DNA from: Spirochaetota bacterium
GTDB taxonomy: Bacteria; Spirochaetota; UBA4802; JAFGDQ01
DNA length: 58,824 nucleotides
Assembly (NCBI GenBank): GCA_043803405.1
Contig: JAZDKB010000001.1
Location: 1 to 58,824, forward strand
Reading direction: 5' to 3'
Positions within the stretch are counted from its first letter, which is position 1; every line of letters starts with the position of its first letter. A program made the translations under genes and the position numbers. Of this stretch, positions 37,143 through 47,037 are shown in pieces. Below the pieces are notes generated by a model. The model searched no databases, had not been told where the DNA came from, and saw only the letters and a list, made by a program, of their open reading frames with translations.

Positions 37143-38945
37143 TTATTTTTGCTCAGTATTAGCCGGTGCTGTTTGCTTATCTACTGCCGGAGCAGGGATC
37201 GCTTCCTTCTCTGATACGGTCGGAAGTTCGGATTTCTTTTCTGCTTCGGGTGCCGGTACTGTTACCGCTTCCTTTTCTTTCACTGGAGGAACATCAGCTT
37301 TCTTTTCTGCTTCGGAAGCAGCCGGAACAGGTGCTGTTTCCTTCTCAGCCGCAGGTTGAGTGACCGGAACTGGCTCTGCATCCTTCTTATCTGATGCCTG
37401 CGGTTCGGCTGCAGGCGATTCTTTCTGAATCCCAGGAATTTCAGTTTCTTTCATTTTATCAACTGCGGGCTGTTCTTTGATCTTCTCAGGAGCCGCTGTT
37501 TCCTTTTCTGCTTCCTGGGAAGCACCTTTTAATTTAGGAACTTTAATAAGCATATTCGGCCAGATTAAATTAGGATTACGTATTTTATCCGTATTTGCTT
37601 TATAAATATTCTGCCAGTATAAAGGATTTCTGTAATATTTCTCTGCAATTCTCCATAAACAATCTCTTCTCTGCGGAATGTATCGGACTTTATAAATAAA
37701 ATAGTCCTCTGAAAAGATCGATTCAGCTGAGGAACCTGATCCTTTAATTCCCTTGCCGCCTTTTGCTATAGCTCCCTTGCCCTCTGCTGCTTTTGTATTA
37801 ATTACTATGTTTGATAATCTTTCGGATTCTTCAGCAGATGCTATCGATTCTTTATATTTTGATTCCTTAAATTGACTCCTGGATGTTTCGAGCGCTTCTT
37901 TTGCTCCGTTCAATTGTTCAACAGCAATCGCAGCTCCGACCGAATTTTTTGCTATTTCAAGCTTTGCTTCAGCACCTGCAATTTTGCCCTTTGCCGACTC
38001 TCTTAACGAACCGAGAACCATGCCGGACATCCTCATGGATTCGTCCGAAGATAAAATTGATTCTTTATATTTTGAATCCTGGAACTGGGATTTCGATTGG
38101 TTCAGCGCCTCTTTTGCTCCGTTCAGCTCATCTTTTGCTGTTGCTGCTCCTTCGGACTTTTCAGCTTCGGAAAATAAGTTACCGGCTTCGTCCAGTTTTA
38201 CTTTAGCAGTTTCCTTGAGTGCCAGAAGGTATGCTTCATCCGCATTGGTCCCGGCGATCTCCATAGCTGCAAATCCTTTTTTAAGTTCAAGATTTTTATA
38301 AGACTCTTCCGCGATGCTTAAATTATCCTTTGCTGTTTTAACTTTATCGGGCGCTACTGCTAAAGCATTATATTTCTCGGCTTCTGCAAGTATCGCCTTA
38401 ACTTCTGCTATCGATTTGCTTAATATTTCTTTTTTACCTATAGCAACGTTTCTTGCTTCTTTTGCGAGCCCGTCGGCCTGAAGCGATTTCTCGTAGCTTG
38501 CATAATACTCTTTCTGTTCATATAAAGCTAAAGCAGCAGCATAAGCTTCCTTTGCCTGTTTATATTCACTCTCTGCCAATACTTCAGCATAAAGGGCCTC
38601 AGCCTGATCCAGACTTTGCTTTGCTATATCAAGTGTATCTTTTGCCAGAAGAGGTATTGACTTATTGTACGCTTCTTCTGCTTTTTTACGTGAAATAATT
38701 GCTGAATCTTTACTTTTATCAAGAGAATCCTCTTTAATAAAATTATGGCTCTCTAATAGTTTTTTCTCAGCTTCAGCAATTTCCTGCGGAGCATACTTTT
38801 TAGCCATTACAGACAATGCCCTGGATATCTCCATTTTGGCCATTGCCATTTCTTTAACCGGTATTTTCTCTCCGCAGCTTAAAATAAATACGAAGGCAGT
38901 CAATGCCACCATAATTCTCGATTTATAATTTAACATATTAATCAC
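37143..38945 (-). CDS. LipL71/LruA-like lipoprotein (helical DUF4398-like repeats + LysM + Pro/Ala/Glu-rich tail)
   Basis: ILSC lipobox followed by GEKIPVKEM. LysM YKV...RDCLWRIAE.YY.NP..W..IY.AN...I.NP.LIWP...I.VP. Adjacent to STAS and tgt, as recalled for Leptospira lipL71. Confidence 0.75.
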   Translation of the reverse strand: MINMLNYKSRIMVALTAFVFILSCGEKIPVKEMAMAKMEISRALSVMAKKYAPQEIAEAEKKLLESHNFIKEDSLDKSKDSAIISRKKAEEAYNKSIPLLAKDTLDIAKQSLDQAEALYAEVLAESEYKQAKEAYAAALALYEQKEYYASYEKSLQADGLAKEARNVAIGKKEILSKSIAEVKAILAEAEKYNALAVAPDKVKTAKDNLSIAEESYKNLELKKGFAAMEIAGTNADEAYLLALKETAKVKLDEAGNLFSEAEKSEGAATAKDELNGAKEALNQSKSQFQDSKYKESILSSDESMRMSGMVLGSLRESAKGKIAGAEAKLEIAKNSVGAAIAVEQLNGAKEALETSRSQFKESKYKESIASAEESERLSNIVINTKAAEGKGAIAKGGKGIKGSGSSAESIFSEDYFIYKVRYIPQRRDCLWRIAEKYYRNPLYWQNIYKANTDKIRNPNLIWPNMLIKVPKLKGASQEAEKETAAPEKIKEQPAVDKMKETEIPGIQKESPAAEPQASDKKDAEPVPVTQPAAEKETAPVPAASEAEKKADVPPVKEKEAVTVPAPEAEKKSELPTVSEKEAIPAPAVDKQTAPANTEQK

Positions 38946-39059
38946 CTCTTATTTAATTGTTTCCCTTATAGTTTTGCCGGTAACACAATAAAATACCGGA
39001 ATAATAGTTTTAATATTTTAAAGATTATATTGCTGAGATTCTTGTCGTATAATATGCTT

Positions 39060-39398
39060 CTATCTGTTAAAAGCCGCTATAGCAGCATCTTCTGAATCAT
39101 ATATCTCGAAAAATGATGTCAGTTTAGTAAGTTCAAAGACTTTCTTGACTGATGCGTAGACGTTAATTATTTTAAGGCCGCCCTGATATTTCTTTAAATT
39201 AGAAAGGCTGGAAATCAAAGCGCCAATACCGGATGAATCAATATATGATACTTTTTCAAGATCAATGATTACATTATAATTCCGTCCCTCAATTATTTTA
39301 TGAATAATGTCTTTTATCTCAGGCGCATTATATAAGTCAATTTCCCCGACAATTACTAAAATAACTATGTCGCCTCTTTTTCTCTGGGTAATATCCAT
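39060..39398 (-). CDS. STAS anti-sigma-factor antagonist
   Basis: GEIDLYNAP, IDLEKVSYIDSSGIGALI, VFELTKL. Confidence 0.92.
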   Translation of the reverse strand: MDITQRKRGDIVILVIVGEIDLYNAPEIKDIIHKIIEGRNYNVIIDLEKVSYIDSSGIGALISSLSNLKKYQGGLKIINVYASVKKVFELTKLTSFFEIYDSEDAAIAAFNR

Positions 39399-39628
39399 TT
39401 ATATAGCTCCTGCCTGCAATAGTCACCCGAAAAGGGACAATGCAGTGACTTTATTCATACTCCTAATTTATCAGAATTCGTATCAATAATTTCCCGTAAT
39501 ATATATTCGGTTTACATCCTTATTGAATTTAATATAATCAGTTTCTTCGGAGGAATTATTAATTGATTTTCCTATTTCCGTTATGAAGCGAGTAGAATAC
39601 TACAGTTTAAATAACCTGTTAATCTGTG

Positions 39629-40747
39629 TCAAGTTAATTTATATACATTCGCCCATTTTTTATAAATTTGGCTAAAAACATCCTGTTCTATACTCTCGCG
39701 GATTTCATTTAAAAATGTCTTCATAAAAAATAAATTATGATAAGAATTATAAATCAATGATGAAATCTCACCCATGCGGAAAATATGCCGAAGATATGCC
39801 CTTGAAAAATTTCTGCATACATAACATCCGCAATTCGGATCCAGGGGAGAAAAATCATCCGCATGGCTCGCTGCTTTTATGTTTACTCTGCCAAGCGATG
39901 TATAAAGAGTCCCGTTCCTGGCTATCCTTGTGGGCATTACACAGTCGAACATATCCACCCCATGCATTACGGCAAATAAAATCTCCATGGGGCTTCCGAC
40001 ACCCATCATGTATCTGGGTTTATCTTCAGGAATATGTTTAAGTGTAATCTCGGTCATTTCTCTGTACAAACTCTTTGGCTCGCCTACAGACAGCCCACCG
40101 ATCGCGTATCCTGAAAACTCATTCTGTAAAAGCATTTCTGCGCACTCTTCCCTTAAATCCGCAAAGACGCTTCCCTGTACAATCGCGAAAAGCGCCTGCT
40201 TTTCGGTATCAAAATTATCCTTCCAGTAATTGTATGATATGCCTGCCCAGTTTACAGTCCGCTCTACTGCACTCTTCGCTTCCTCTTTTGTACAAGGATA
40301 ATGCGTACATTGATCGAGAACCATCATAATATCCGAGCCGATCACCTTCTGAATATCCAGTACCTTCGCCGGCGTGAACAGATGGCTGGAACCGTCAAGA
40401 TGCGATTTGAATTCCACGCCGTCTTCACGCAGCTTGCACAGATCGGAAAGCGAAAATATCTGGAATCCGCCCGAATCTGTCAGCACCGGCCTGTTGTAAT
40501 TCATGAATTTGTGAACCCCGCCGGCTTTCTCCAGTATATCCAAACCCGGCCTTATATAAAGATGATATGTGTTTGAAAGAATGATCTCGAACCCGATCTC
40601 TTCAATATCCCTGAAAGTCAATGCCCTTATTGTCCCTCTTGTGGCTACTGGCATGAACACCGGCGTATTGATTTCACCGCGCGAAGTAATGATCTTACCT
40701 CTTCTCGCGTTGCTGGAATTATCTTTTTTTATTAATTTAAAGTTCAT
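39629..40747 (-). CDS. tgt: tRNA-guanine(34) transglycosylase
   Basis: TPVFMPV.T, NTYHL, TDSGGFQIFSL, GGLSVGE, DMFDCVMPTR.ARNG, C.C..C zinc site. Confidence 0.97.
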   Translation of the reverse strand: MNFKLIKKDNSSNARRGKIITSRGEINTPVFMPVATRGTIRALTFRDIEEIGFEIILSNTYHLYIRPGLDILEKAGGVHKFMNYNRPVLTDSGGFQIFSLSDLCKLREDGVEFKSHLDGSSHLFTPAKVLDIQKVIGSDIMMVLDQCTHYPCTKEEAKSAVERTVNWAGISYNYWKDNFDTEKQALFAIVQGSVFADLREECAEMLLQNEFSGYAIGGLSVGEPKSLYREMTEITLKHIPEDKPRYMMGVGSPMEILFAVMHGVDMFDCVMPTRIARNGTLYTSLGRVNIKAASHADDFSPLDPNCGCYVCRNFSRAYLRHIFRMGEISSLIYNSYHNLFFMKTFLNEIRESIEQDVFSQIYKKWANVYKLT

Positions 40748-40794
40748 TGTATCAGATTAATCTCAGGAGGATTTTTTTGGCAAGAAGCATTTAA

Positions 40795-41898
40795 TCAAAA
40801 CTGGAGCCTTGTTCCGAACTGCACGTTCACATCGCTTCGGTTCAGCAGATTTACCATTGTTTCAGCATTTAGCTTAAGAACAAGTATATTGATCTCAAGG
40901 CCAAGAATATAAAGAGGAATTACAGGGCTCGGTCTGTATTTATTTTCAGATAAAAATGTGAGCGTTCCCATGTCGGTAGTTGTTAAAACCGGAGGGTATG
41001 TTGTGTCCGTAGTAAAGTCACCTTCTCCTTTAAATTTAACTTTAAATGATCCGATATTTCCGGCAACTCCGAAACCCGAATAAAGACTGAATAAATAAAA
41101 AATATCAAAATAAGCAACTGCCTGCGCATCAATAGTAAATATTGCCCAATGAATGTTTGCATCGAACGCACCGTCAAAATGCATTGGAACTCCGCTAGGC
41201 AGTCCGCTAACAGTTATATTTTCAAAGTCATATTGATAATCCCCGGTAAAACTAATGTCGCCATACATAAAATTCCCGCCCAAGCTAAATGTTAGTCCTC
41301 CGAATGCCAGGTAAAAAGGCAAAAATTTCTTTCTGGGGATAAAATTATACCTTATTTTTCCGCCGACTGAATATATTTTGTAATCCTTTAAAGTGGCAAC
41401 ATCTGTCTCGTAGTCAATGTCGGACTTGTATTTATTTACAACGGATTTGCTTACATAAAACATCTTTCCAAGTATATCTACTCCGCCTCCTATGCCTATT
41501 CCAAAATGAAGTACGGCATTAGGCGCAAACATAGGGAGTGTATCATTGTCGTGCGCTGGATCATTTTCATCAAAATACTTCATGTTTGTGCATCCTGAAC
41601 CGGCTGCCAGGCCGATCTCAAAATGAGGGAAGCTCCCTAAATATGATTTTCCGATCGGGTAACCAAGCACATTGGCAAGAGCAAAGGCATTAGCAACAAA
41701 CGGGCCGTTCAGGTCGCTTGTATCCTGAATCTGCCTGGCCATTTCAGCTGTATTAAAATCATCTGAATCTAAAACTGCTTCAACAGCAGTAGAAAGAGTA
41801 ACTGTTATGGAAGTTTCAGCGTATAAACTATTTATCAATACAAAAAATAAAAGAGGAAATAATATAAATCGAAATATTAAATTCAATATATTTTTCAT
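40795..41898 (-). CDS. Exported probable outer-membrane beta-barrel/surface protein
   Basis: Signal peptide ending in LYA, alternating aromatic/Gly strands, C-terminal Phe (VQFGTRLQF). Confidence 0.6.
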   Translation of the reverse strand: MKNILNLIFRFILFPLLFFVLINSLYAETSITVTLSTAVEAVLDSDDFNTAEMARQIQDTSDLNGPFVANAFALANVLGYPIGKSYLGSFPHFEIGLAAGSGCTNMKYFDENDPAHDNDTLPMFAPNAVLHFGIGIGGGVDILGKMFYVSKSVVNKYKSDIDYETDVATLKDYKIYSVGGKIRYNFIPRKKFLPFYLAFGGLTFSLGGNFMYGDISFTGDYQYDFENITVSGLPSGVPMHFDGAFDANIHWAIFTIDAQAVAYFDIFYLFSLYSGFGVAGNIGSFKVKFKGEGDFTTDTTYPPVLTTTDMGTLTFLSENKYRPSPVIPLYILGLEINILVLKLNAETMVNLLNRSDVNVQFGTRLQF

Positions 41899-42005
41899 TC
41901 TTTAAATACAAAAATATTTTTATTTGCCCGCGCTGCCAGTTAAATATAATATAACGATTTTTTTTAAAAGTCAATGCAAATCCGGCTTTCTTGCCTTCGC
42001 ACTTT

Positions 42006-42761
42006 TTAACCAGTGAGGATCACCGGCCCGTCTTTTGTGACAGCGACTGTATGCTCAAACTGTGCGGAGAGTTTCCCGTCCTCGGTAACTGCCGTCCAGC
42101 CGTCGCCAAGCACCACAACATCGCTTGTACCTTCGTTAACCATAGGCTCTATGGCGAGCACCATGCCTTCGGAAATTATCCTGCCTTTGCCTTTAGTCCC
42201 GAAATGCAGAACACTGGGTAATTCATGTACGGCAAATCCTACGCCGTGGCCTGTGTAGTCACGCACAACACTAAATCCGTTTGATTCTACATATTCCTGA
42301 ATGGCAGCGCCAAGATCTCCCAATCTCTTGCCGGGATAACAGGTATCTATCCCTATCTGCAAAGCTTTGTCTGTAACCGATACTAATTTATCGGCAGCAT
42401 CGGATATAGGTTTTACGGTAAATGTCTGGCATGCATCCGCAAAATAACCGTTCTTAACAACGCCTATATCGATCTTTACAATGTCGCCTTTTTTAATTAT
42501 TTTTTTTTTGGAGGGAATGCCGTGAACAACCTCATCATTTATGCAAATGCACGTAGCGTGGGCGTAATTTTTTACAGTCTTAAAAGAAGCTTTGGCCTTT
42601 GCTTTAAAAATTACATCTTCAATAAATTTATCAAGCTCCAGTGTAGAAACTCCGGTTAACGATTTACAGGAAATGACCTTAAAAATCTCTGCGATTATCC
42701 TGCCTGCTTCCCTGATCCTTTTTATATCATCAGGCGATTTTAAGGTGATCTTTTTCTTCAT
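42006..42761 (-). CDS. map: Methionine aminopeptidase type I
   Basis: N.EVVHGIP, GDIVKID.G, GHGVG..VHE, AIEPMVN.G, SAQFEHT. Confidence 0.97.
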   Translation of the reverse strand: MKKKITLKSPDDIKRIREAGRIIAEIFKVISCKSLTGVSTLELDKFIEDVIFKAKAKASFKTVKNYAHATCICINDEVVHGIPSKKKIIKKGDIVKIDIGVVKNGYFADACQTFTVKPISDAADKLVSVTDKALQIGIDTCYPGKRLGDLGAAIQEYVESNGFSVVRDYTGHGVGFAVHELPSVLHFGTKGKGRIISEGMVLAIEPMVNEGTSDVVVLGDGWTAVTEDGKLSAQFEHTVAVTKDGPVILTG

Positions 42762-42773
42762 TAAAAAATATTG

Positions 42774-43871
42774 CTATTTGGAAGAAGATACGGCTTCTTC
42801 TGCTTTCTTCTCAGCCGGTTTATTTTTACCCTTTGGAGTTTCCTCAGCCTTGCCTTCTTTCTCTTCAAGAAGTCCGGTTTTAATCTTTATCTTTTTCTCT
42901 ATCTCGGAAGCAGTAGCAGGATTATTTTCAAGGAATGTCTTTGCATTTTCGCGGCCCTGCCCTATCCTTTCTTCGCCGTAGGAGAACCATGTTCCGGATT
43001 TCTTTATAATTTCGTATTTTACACCAAGGTCGAGTATCCCGCCCATCACTGAAATGCCGGAATCGAACATAACATCAAATTCAGCCTGTTTAAAGGGCGG
43101 AGCGACCTTATTCTTCACAACCTTTACGCGCACGCGGTTGCCTATCGCGTCATCCCCGGACTTCAGCACCTCTATCTTCCTTATATCCAGGCGTATGGAA
43201 GCGTAAAATTTAAGTGCGTTTCCGCCTGTTGTAGTTTCAGGTGAACCGAACATAACGCCTATCTTATGTCTTATCTGATTAATAAAAATAACACAGGTTT
43301 TCGATTTCGAGATAATGCCTGTCAGCTTTCTGAGAGCCTGGCTCATAAGCCTTGCCTGCAGTCCCATGTGCGAATCTCCCATCTCGCCGTCTATTTCGGC
43401 CTTGGGGACTAGAGCTGCGACAGAGTCAATTACAATGATGTCGACTGCGCCCGATCTCACAAGCGCTTCCGTGATCTCGAGAGCTTCCTCGCCCGTATCG
43501 GGCTGCGATACAAGAAGCTGGTCTGTAACAACGCCGAGCTTTGCAGCATAAGACGGATCAAGCGCGTGCTCGGCATCCACGAAAGCCGCAGTGCCGCCAA
43601 GTTTCTGAGCCTGTGCCACCACATGCAGCATCAGCGTTGTTTTCCCTGAAGACTCTGGGCCGAATATTTCAGTGACCCTTCCCCTCGGGATTCCGCCAAC
43701 GCCAAGGGCTATATCGAGTTCAATAGAGCCTGTCGGAATTGCCGCAACCTTCACTTTCGCAGAATCGTCGCCAAGCCTCATTATTGAACCTTTCCCGAAC
43801 TGCTTCTCTATCTGAATAATCGCCTGCTCCAAAGCCAGCGATTTCTGGTCGAATTCCTTTTGCTCTGCCAT
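42774..43871 (-). CDS. recA: Recombinase RecA
   Basis: [43 protein letters not shown]. Confidence 0.99.
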   Translation of the reverse strand: MAEQKEFDQKSLALEQAIIQIEKQFGKGSIMRLGDDSAKVKVAAIPTGSIELDIALGVGGIPRGRVTEIFGPESSGKTTLMLHVVAQAQKLGGTAAFVDAEHALDPSYAAKLGVVTDQLLVSQPDTGEEALEITEALVRSGAVDIIVIDSVAALVPKAEIDGEMGDSHMGLQARLMSQALRKLTGIISKSKTCVIFINQIRHKIGVMFGSPETTTGGNALKFYASIRLDIRKIEVLKSGDDAIGNRVRVKVVKNKVAPPFKQAEFDVMFDSGISVMGGILDLGVKYEIIKKSGTWFSYGEERIGQGRENAKTFLENNPATASEIEKKIKIKTGLLEEKEGKAEETPKGKNKPAEKKAEEAVSSSK

Positions 43872-43947
43872 ATTACGTCACCTCAATTAATAATATTCTA
43901 ATTAGAATTCTTTTATATAAAGACGATTTTTTTATCAAGTACTTTTG

Positions 43948-45528
43948 TTAAATATTTCCGTTCTTTTTCTTCATATATTCAAGTTTATTAAGAGCATCAA
44001 CAAAAGAAAGTATACCTGCAATGGAAACATCAATGTTTACGCCATTGCCGAATACGGTAATTTTCTTCCCCTCAAATTCCTCCACTACAGTAACTGCAAC
44101 CTCGGCAAGGGCGTCCGAACCGCCTGTAATGGCAACCAGGTTGAAAGATTCAATGCGCGCTTTTGTACCTGTTATCTTCATTACTGCCTTAACTCCGGCA
44201 TCAACGCCGCCATTGCCGTGCGCTACATCGAACTCTTCTTCTTTACCCATTGTCCTGTCAGTAATCGTTACCATTGCCATTGGCGGAGAAAACATTCCTG
44301 TCGATATCTGAACATTGGAAACGGAATATCTTCCTTCTTCTTTATAAATCGATTCCCAGATGATAACTTCCAGGTCATCATCGAATATTTCCTTTTTCCT
44401 GTCTGCGAGATCTTTGAAATACTTGAAAAAACGATCCAGCTCTTCCGTGGTCAGCTCATACCCAAGACTCTTTAGCCTGTCCACAACAGCGTGCCTTCCG
44501 GAATGTTTCCCAAGCACAAGCGTTGATTTTGAAATCCCTACATCTTCGGGTTTCATTATCTCATAAGTAAAAGAGCTCTTTAACAGACCGTCCTGATGGA
44601 TACCGGATTCATGAGCGAACGCGTTAGCTCCGACAATCGCCTTATTCGGCTGTACGGACACTCCTGTAATATGAGTCAGCAGCTTGCTTGTGGCCAATAT
44701 CTGTGTCGTATTGATACCAGTAAAAACGTTATAGAGGTCCTTTCTTGTCCTGATGGCCATTACTACTTCTTCAAGCGAGGTATTGCCCGCCCGCTCGCCA
44801 ATGCCGTTTATAGTGCATTCGATCTGGCGGGCGCCTGCCTGAACCGCAGCCAGCGCATTTGCCACAGCCAGGCCAAGATCGTTGTGGCAGTGAACCGAGA
44901 TGATCGCTTTATCGATATTCTTGACATTATCGAAAATATATCGTATCAGTGCATAGAATTCTGAAGGTATTGCATATCCGACTGTATCCGGAATATTTAT
45001 AGTAGTTACGCCCGCGTCAATCACTGCTGTTATCATATCAATAAGATATTTCCTGTCGCTGCGCGAAGCATCCATAGGAGAAAACTCAACATCACCGGTA
45101 TAGGACTTTGCTCTCTCAACGGCAGCAATTGCTTCTTTAAGCACAGTTGGCCTGTCTTTCTTGAATTGATGTATAATATGAATATCCGAGCTTGATATAA
45201 ACGTATGAATGCGCGGTCTTTCAGCGTCTTTAATTGCGTTCCATGCTGTATCAATATCCGGATTATTCGCTCTGGCCAGGCCGGCAACCGTTATACCCTT
45301 CGAACTCCTGGCTATCCTTTGCACAGCGTCAAAGTCGCCCTGAGAAGCAACAGGAAATCCTGCTTCAATTACATCGATCCCGAGTTTTATCAGCTGGCCT
45401 GCAAAATGCAGCTTCTCATCAATGTTCATGCTGAAGCCCGGCGACTGCTCGCCGTCCCTTAATGTCGTATCAAAAATATAAACTCTGTTTTTATCGATCT
45501 TACTGATTTTTGAATTATCTTCTTTCAT
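43948..45528 (-). CDS. leuA: 2-isopropylmalate synthase
   Basis: FDTTLRDGEQSPG, HCHNDLG, GIGERAGN, AHESGIHQDG, LGKHSGR, plus the C-terminal regulatory domain and an upstream Leu-rich leader. Confidence 0.95.
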   Translation of the reverse strand: MKEDNSKISKIDKNRVYIFDTTLRDGEQSPGFSMNIDEKLHFAGQLIKLGIDVIEAGFPVASQGDFDAVQRIARSSKGITVAGLARANNPDIDTAWNAIKDAERPRIHTFISSSDIHIIHQFKKDRPTVLKEAIAAVERAKSYTGDVEFSPMDASRSDRKYLIDMITAVIDAGVTTINIPDTVGYAIPSEFYALIRYIFDNVKNIDKAIISVHCHNDLGLAVANALAAVQAGARQIECTINGIGERAGNTSLEEVVMAIRTRKDLYNVFTGINTTQILATSKLLTHITGVSVQPNKAIVGANAFAHESGIHQDGLLKSSFTYEIMKPEDVGISKSTLVLGKHSGRHAVVDRLKSLGYELTTEELDRFFKYFKDLADRKKEIFDDDLEVIIWESIYKEEGRYSVSNVQISTGMFSPPMAMVTITDRTMGKEEEFDVAHGNGGVDAGVKAVMKITGTKARIESFNLVAITGGSDALAEVAVTVVEEFEGKKITVFGNGVNIDVSIAGILSFVDALNKLEYMKKKNGNI

Positions 45529-45603
45529 ATATTTCTCCGTTTTAGTTAATTAATTTAATTACAATGGTTTACGATTGAATTAGTTAATTTAGAATATTAA
45601 GTC

Positions 45604-45686
45604 GGCATTTCGAAGGAGCGATAGCGACTGAGAAATCTGTTTGCCAATTTGATTTAAGAGATTTCTCACATTCGTTCGAAATGACA
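45604..45686. repeat. Palindromic REP-like element (TGTCATTTCG...GAGAAATCT...AGATTTCTC...GAAATG family), copy 1
   Basis: Nested inverted repeats. Homologous, in inverted orientation, to 51881-51951. Confidence 0.75.
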
Positions 45687-45835
45687 CAGTACTATTCATT
45701 ACGTAAACTGCTATAATATAATAGCACACTCCGGTAAATGCACTGCCGGAAAACAAAATAGCATAGTGAGTTTATATTTTTAAGGATGCGTGGGAAAATC
45801 ATTTCCCTGTTTCCTCCTGTAATCATATTAAATTT

Positions 45836-45874
45836 AAAAAAAAAGGCCGTCGCGGTGAACCGTGACGGCCTTTT
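45836..45874 (-). terminator. Attenuator terminator hairpin of the leuA leader
   Basis: Minus strand GGCCGTCACGG-TTCA-CCGCGACGGCC followed by T9. Confidence 0.85.
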
Positions 45875-45895
45875 AACTTTCTTTATTGTTATAAG

Positions 45896-45982
45896 TCACG
45901 AGATTCCCCGCATGGATGTACCCATGCTAAGCAATAGAGCCAATAGTAAAGTCAAAAGCGATATGTTGGAAATTCGTGTCAT
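45896..45982 (-). CDS. Leucine-rich leader peptide (leu attenuator)
   Basis: MTRISNISLLTLLLALLLSMGTSMRGIS*: 8 Leu in a 10-codon stretch (CTT, TTG, TTA, CTA). CGTGAC at the stop can pair with GTCACG of the terminator 5' arm (antiterminator). Confidence 0.85.
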   Translation of the reverse strand: MTRISNISLLTLLLALLLSMGTSMRGIS

Positions 45983-46093
45983 AAATTTATTATTTTAAAT
46001 ATATCCTGATATCACATAACAATAAACTGACTTATCTGTCAATATAAATAACGGCATATTATTTAAAAAAATAAAATTACTGCATGTTTAATA

Positions 46094-46462
46094 TTAACGC
46101 TTCAAAAGAGCACTATCGATCAGATTATCAATGGAATTATTCCCATCATCAGTAAAACTAACAGATAACAAACTGCCGGAATAAGAATTTTTAAATACCG
46201 ATTTATGCGTTTCGTCAACCTGTTTGCTTATAAAAATTTTATACTCACTCTGCTTAACAGCCGGAGTATTAAAAAAAACTGCAAATACAACAACTGCAGC
46301 AGTTGCAAGCATACTTAACGAAGAAAAGGCATAAACATTCCTTCTGATCTTTTTCCTGTGCTTTGATGTGACCCTAGCGCCAATAAAACTATCCCAGTCG
46401 GGATTATTTGTTCTTTGACTGATCTCAAAATCCATCCGTTCATCGAATTGATTAGTTGTCAT
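46094..46462 (-). CDS. Putative single-TM anti-sigma factor
   Basis: Overlaps the ECF sigma stop. Basic cytoplasmic N-terminus and one TM helix. Confidence 0.6.
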   Translation of the reverse strand: MTTNQFDERMDFEISQRTNNPDWDSFIGARVTSKHRKKIRRNVYAFSSLSMLATAAVVVFAVFFNTPAVKQSEYKIFISKQVDETHKSVFKNSYSGSLLSVSFTDDGNNSIDNLIDSALLKR

Positions 46463-46979
46463 TTTTTGCACCTCCTGCAACAATTTTCTGCAAAATAAAC
46501 TTTCCCCGGAAGATCCGTGATTTAACTGTTCCCTTTTTTATAGATAATTCCCGGGCTATTTGTTTTTCAGAATACCCCTGGGAAAACAGTTCCAGCACTT
46601 TCCCGTATTTCTCCGGCATAGAATTTATTATTATCTTTAAGTCCATTTTCTTTATATTTATATCATTCTGTTCTTCCGCACTTATTGCGGATTCAAGCTC
46701 TTCCATTTTCTCGGCTTTTTTCCTGAATTTTATTTCCTCTCTGTTCAGCTTTTTCATCATGCGAAGGCTTTCGTTCCTTGCAATTGCATATAACCAGGTT
46801 TCGATAGACGATTTCCCCTTAAAGGCATTCTTTGCTAAAGATCTGTACGCTCTTAAATACGTTTCCTGAACAACATCGTCAATCGAATGAAAATACTGCG
46901 CTGCCAAATGCTTTTTAACTGCAGAAAGTACAATACCCTTTGTTGAACTTACAACTTCGGCGAATTCATTATCAGTCAT
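46452..46979 (-). CDS. ECF RNA polymerase sigma factor
   Basis: DDVVQETYLRAY, F.GKSS..TWLYAIARN, GYSEKQIA..L.I..GTVKSRIFRG. Confidence 0.92.
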   Translation of the reverse strand: MTDNEFAEVVSSTKGIVLSAVKKHLAAQYFHSIDDVVQETYLRAYRSLAKNAFKGKSSIETWLYAIARNESLRMMKKLNREEIKFRKKAEKMEELESAISAEEQNDINIKKMDLKIIINSMPEKYGKVLELFSQGYSEKQIARELSIKKGTVKSRIFRGKFILQKIVAGGAKNDN

Positions 46980-47037
46980 ATTTATACCCGTGTTATTCAA
47001 CAGCAAAAAATCATTAACAAAATAGAAAAATATGCAC

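Noticed and set aside
43895..43908. Palindrome ATTCTAATTAGAAT upstream of recA as an SOS box
   Set aside because: AT-rich single occurrence that matches no LexA box I know. Could be chance.
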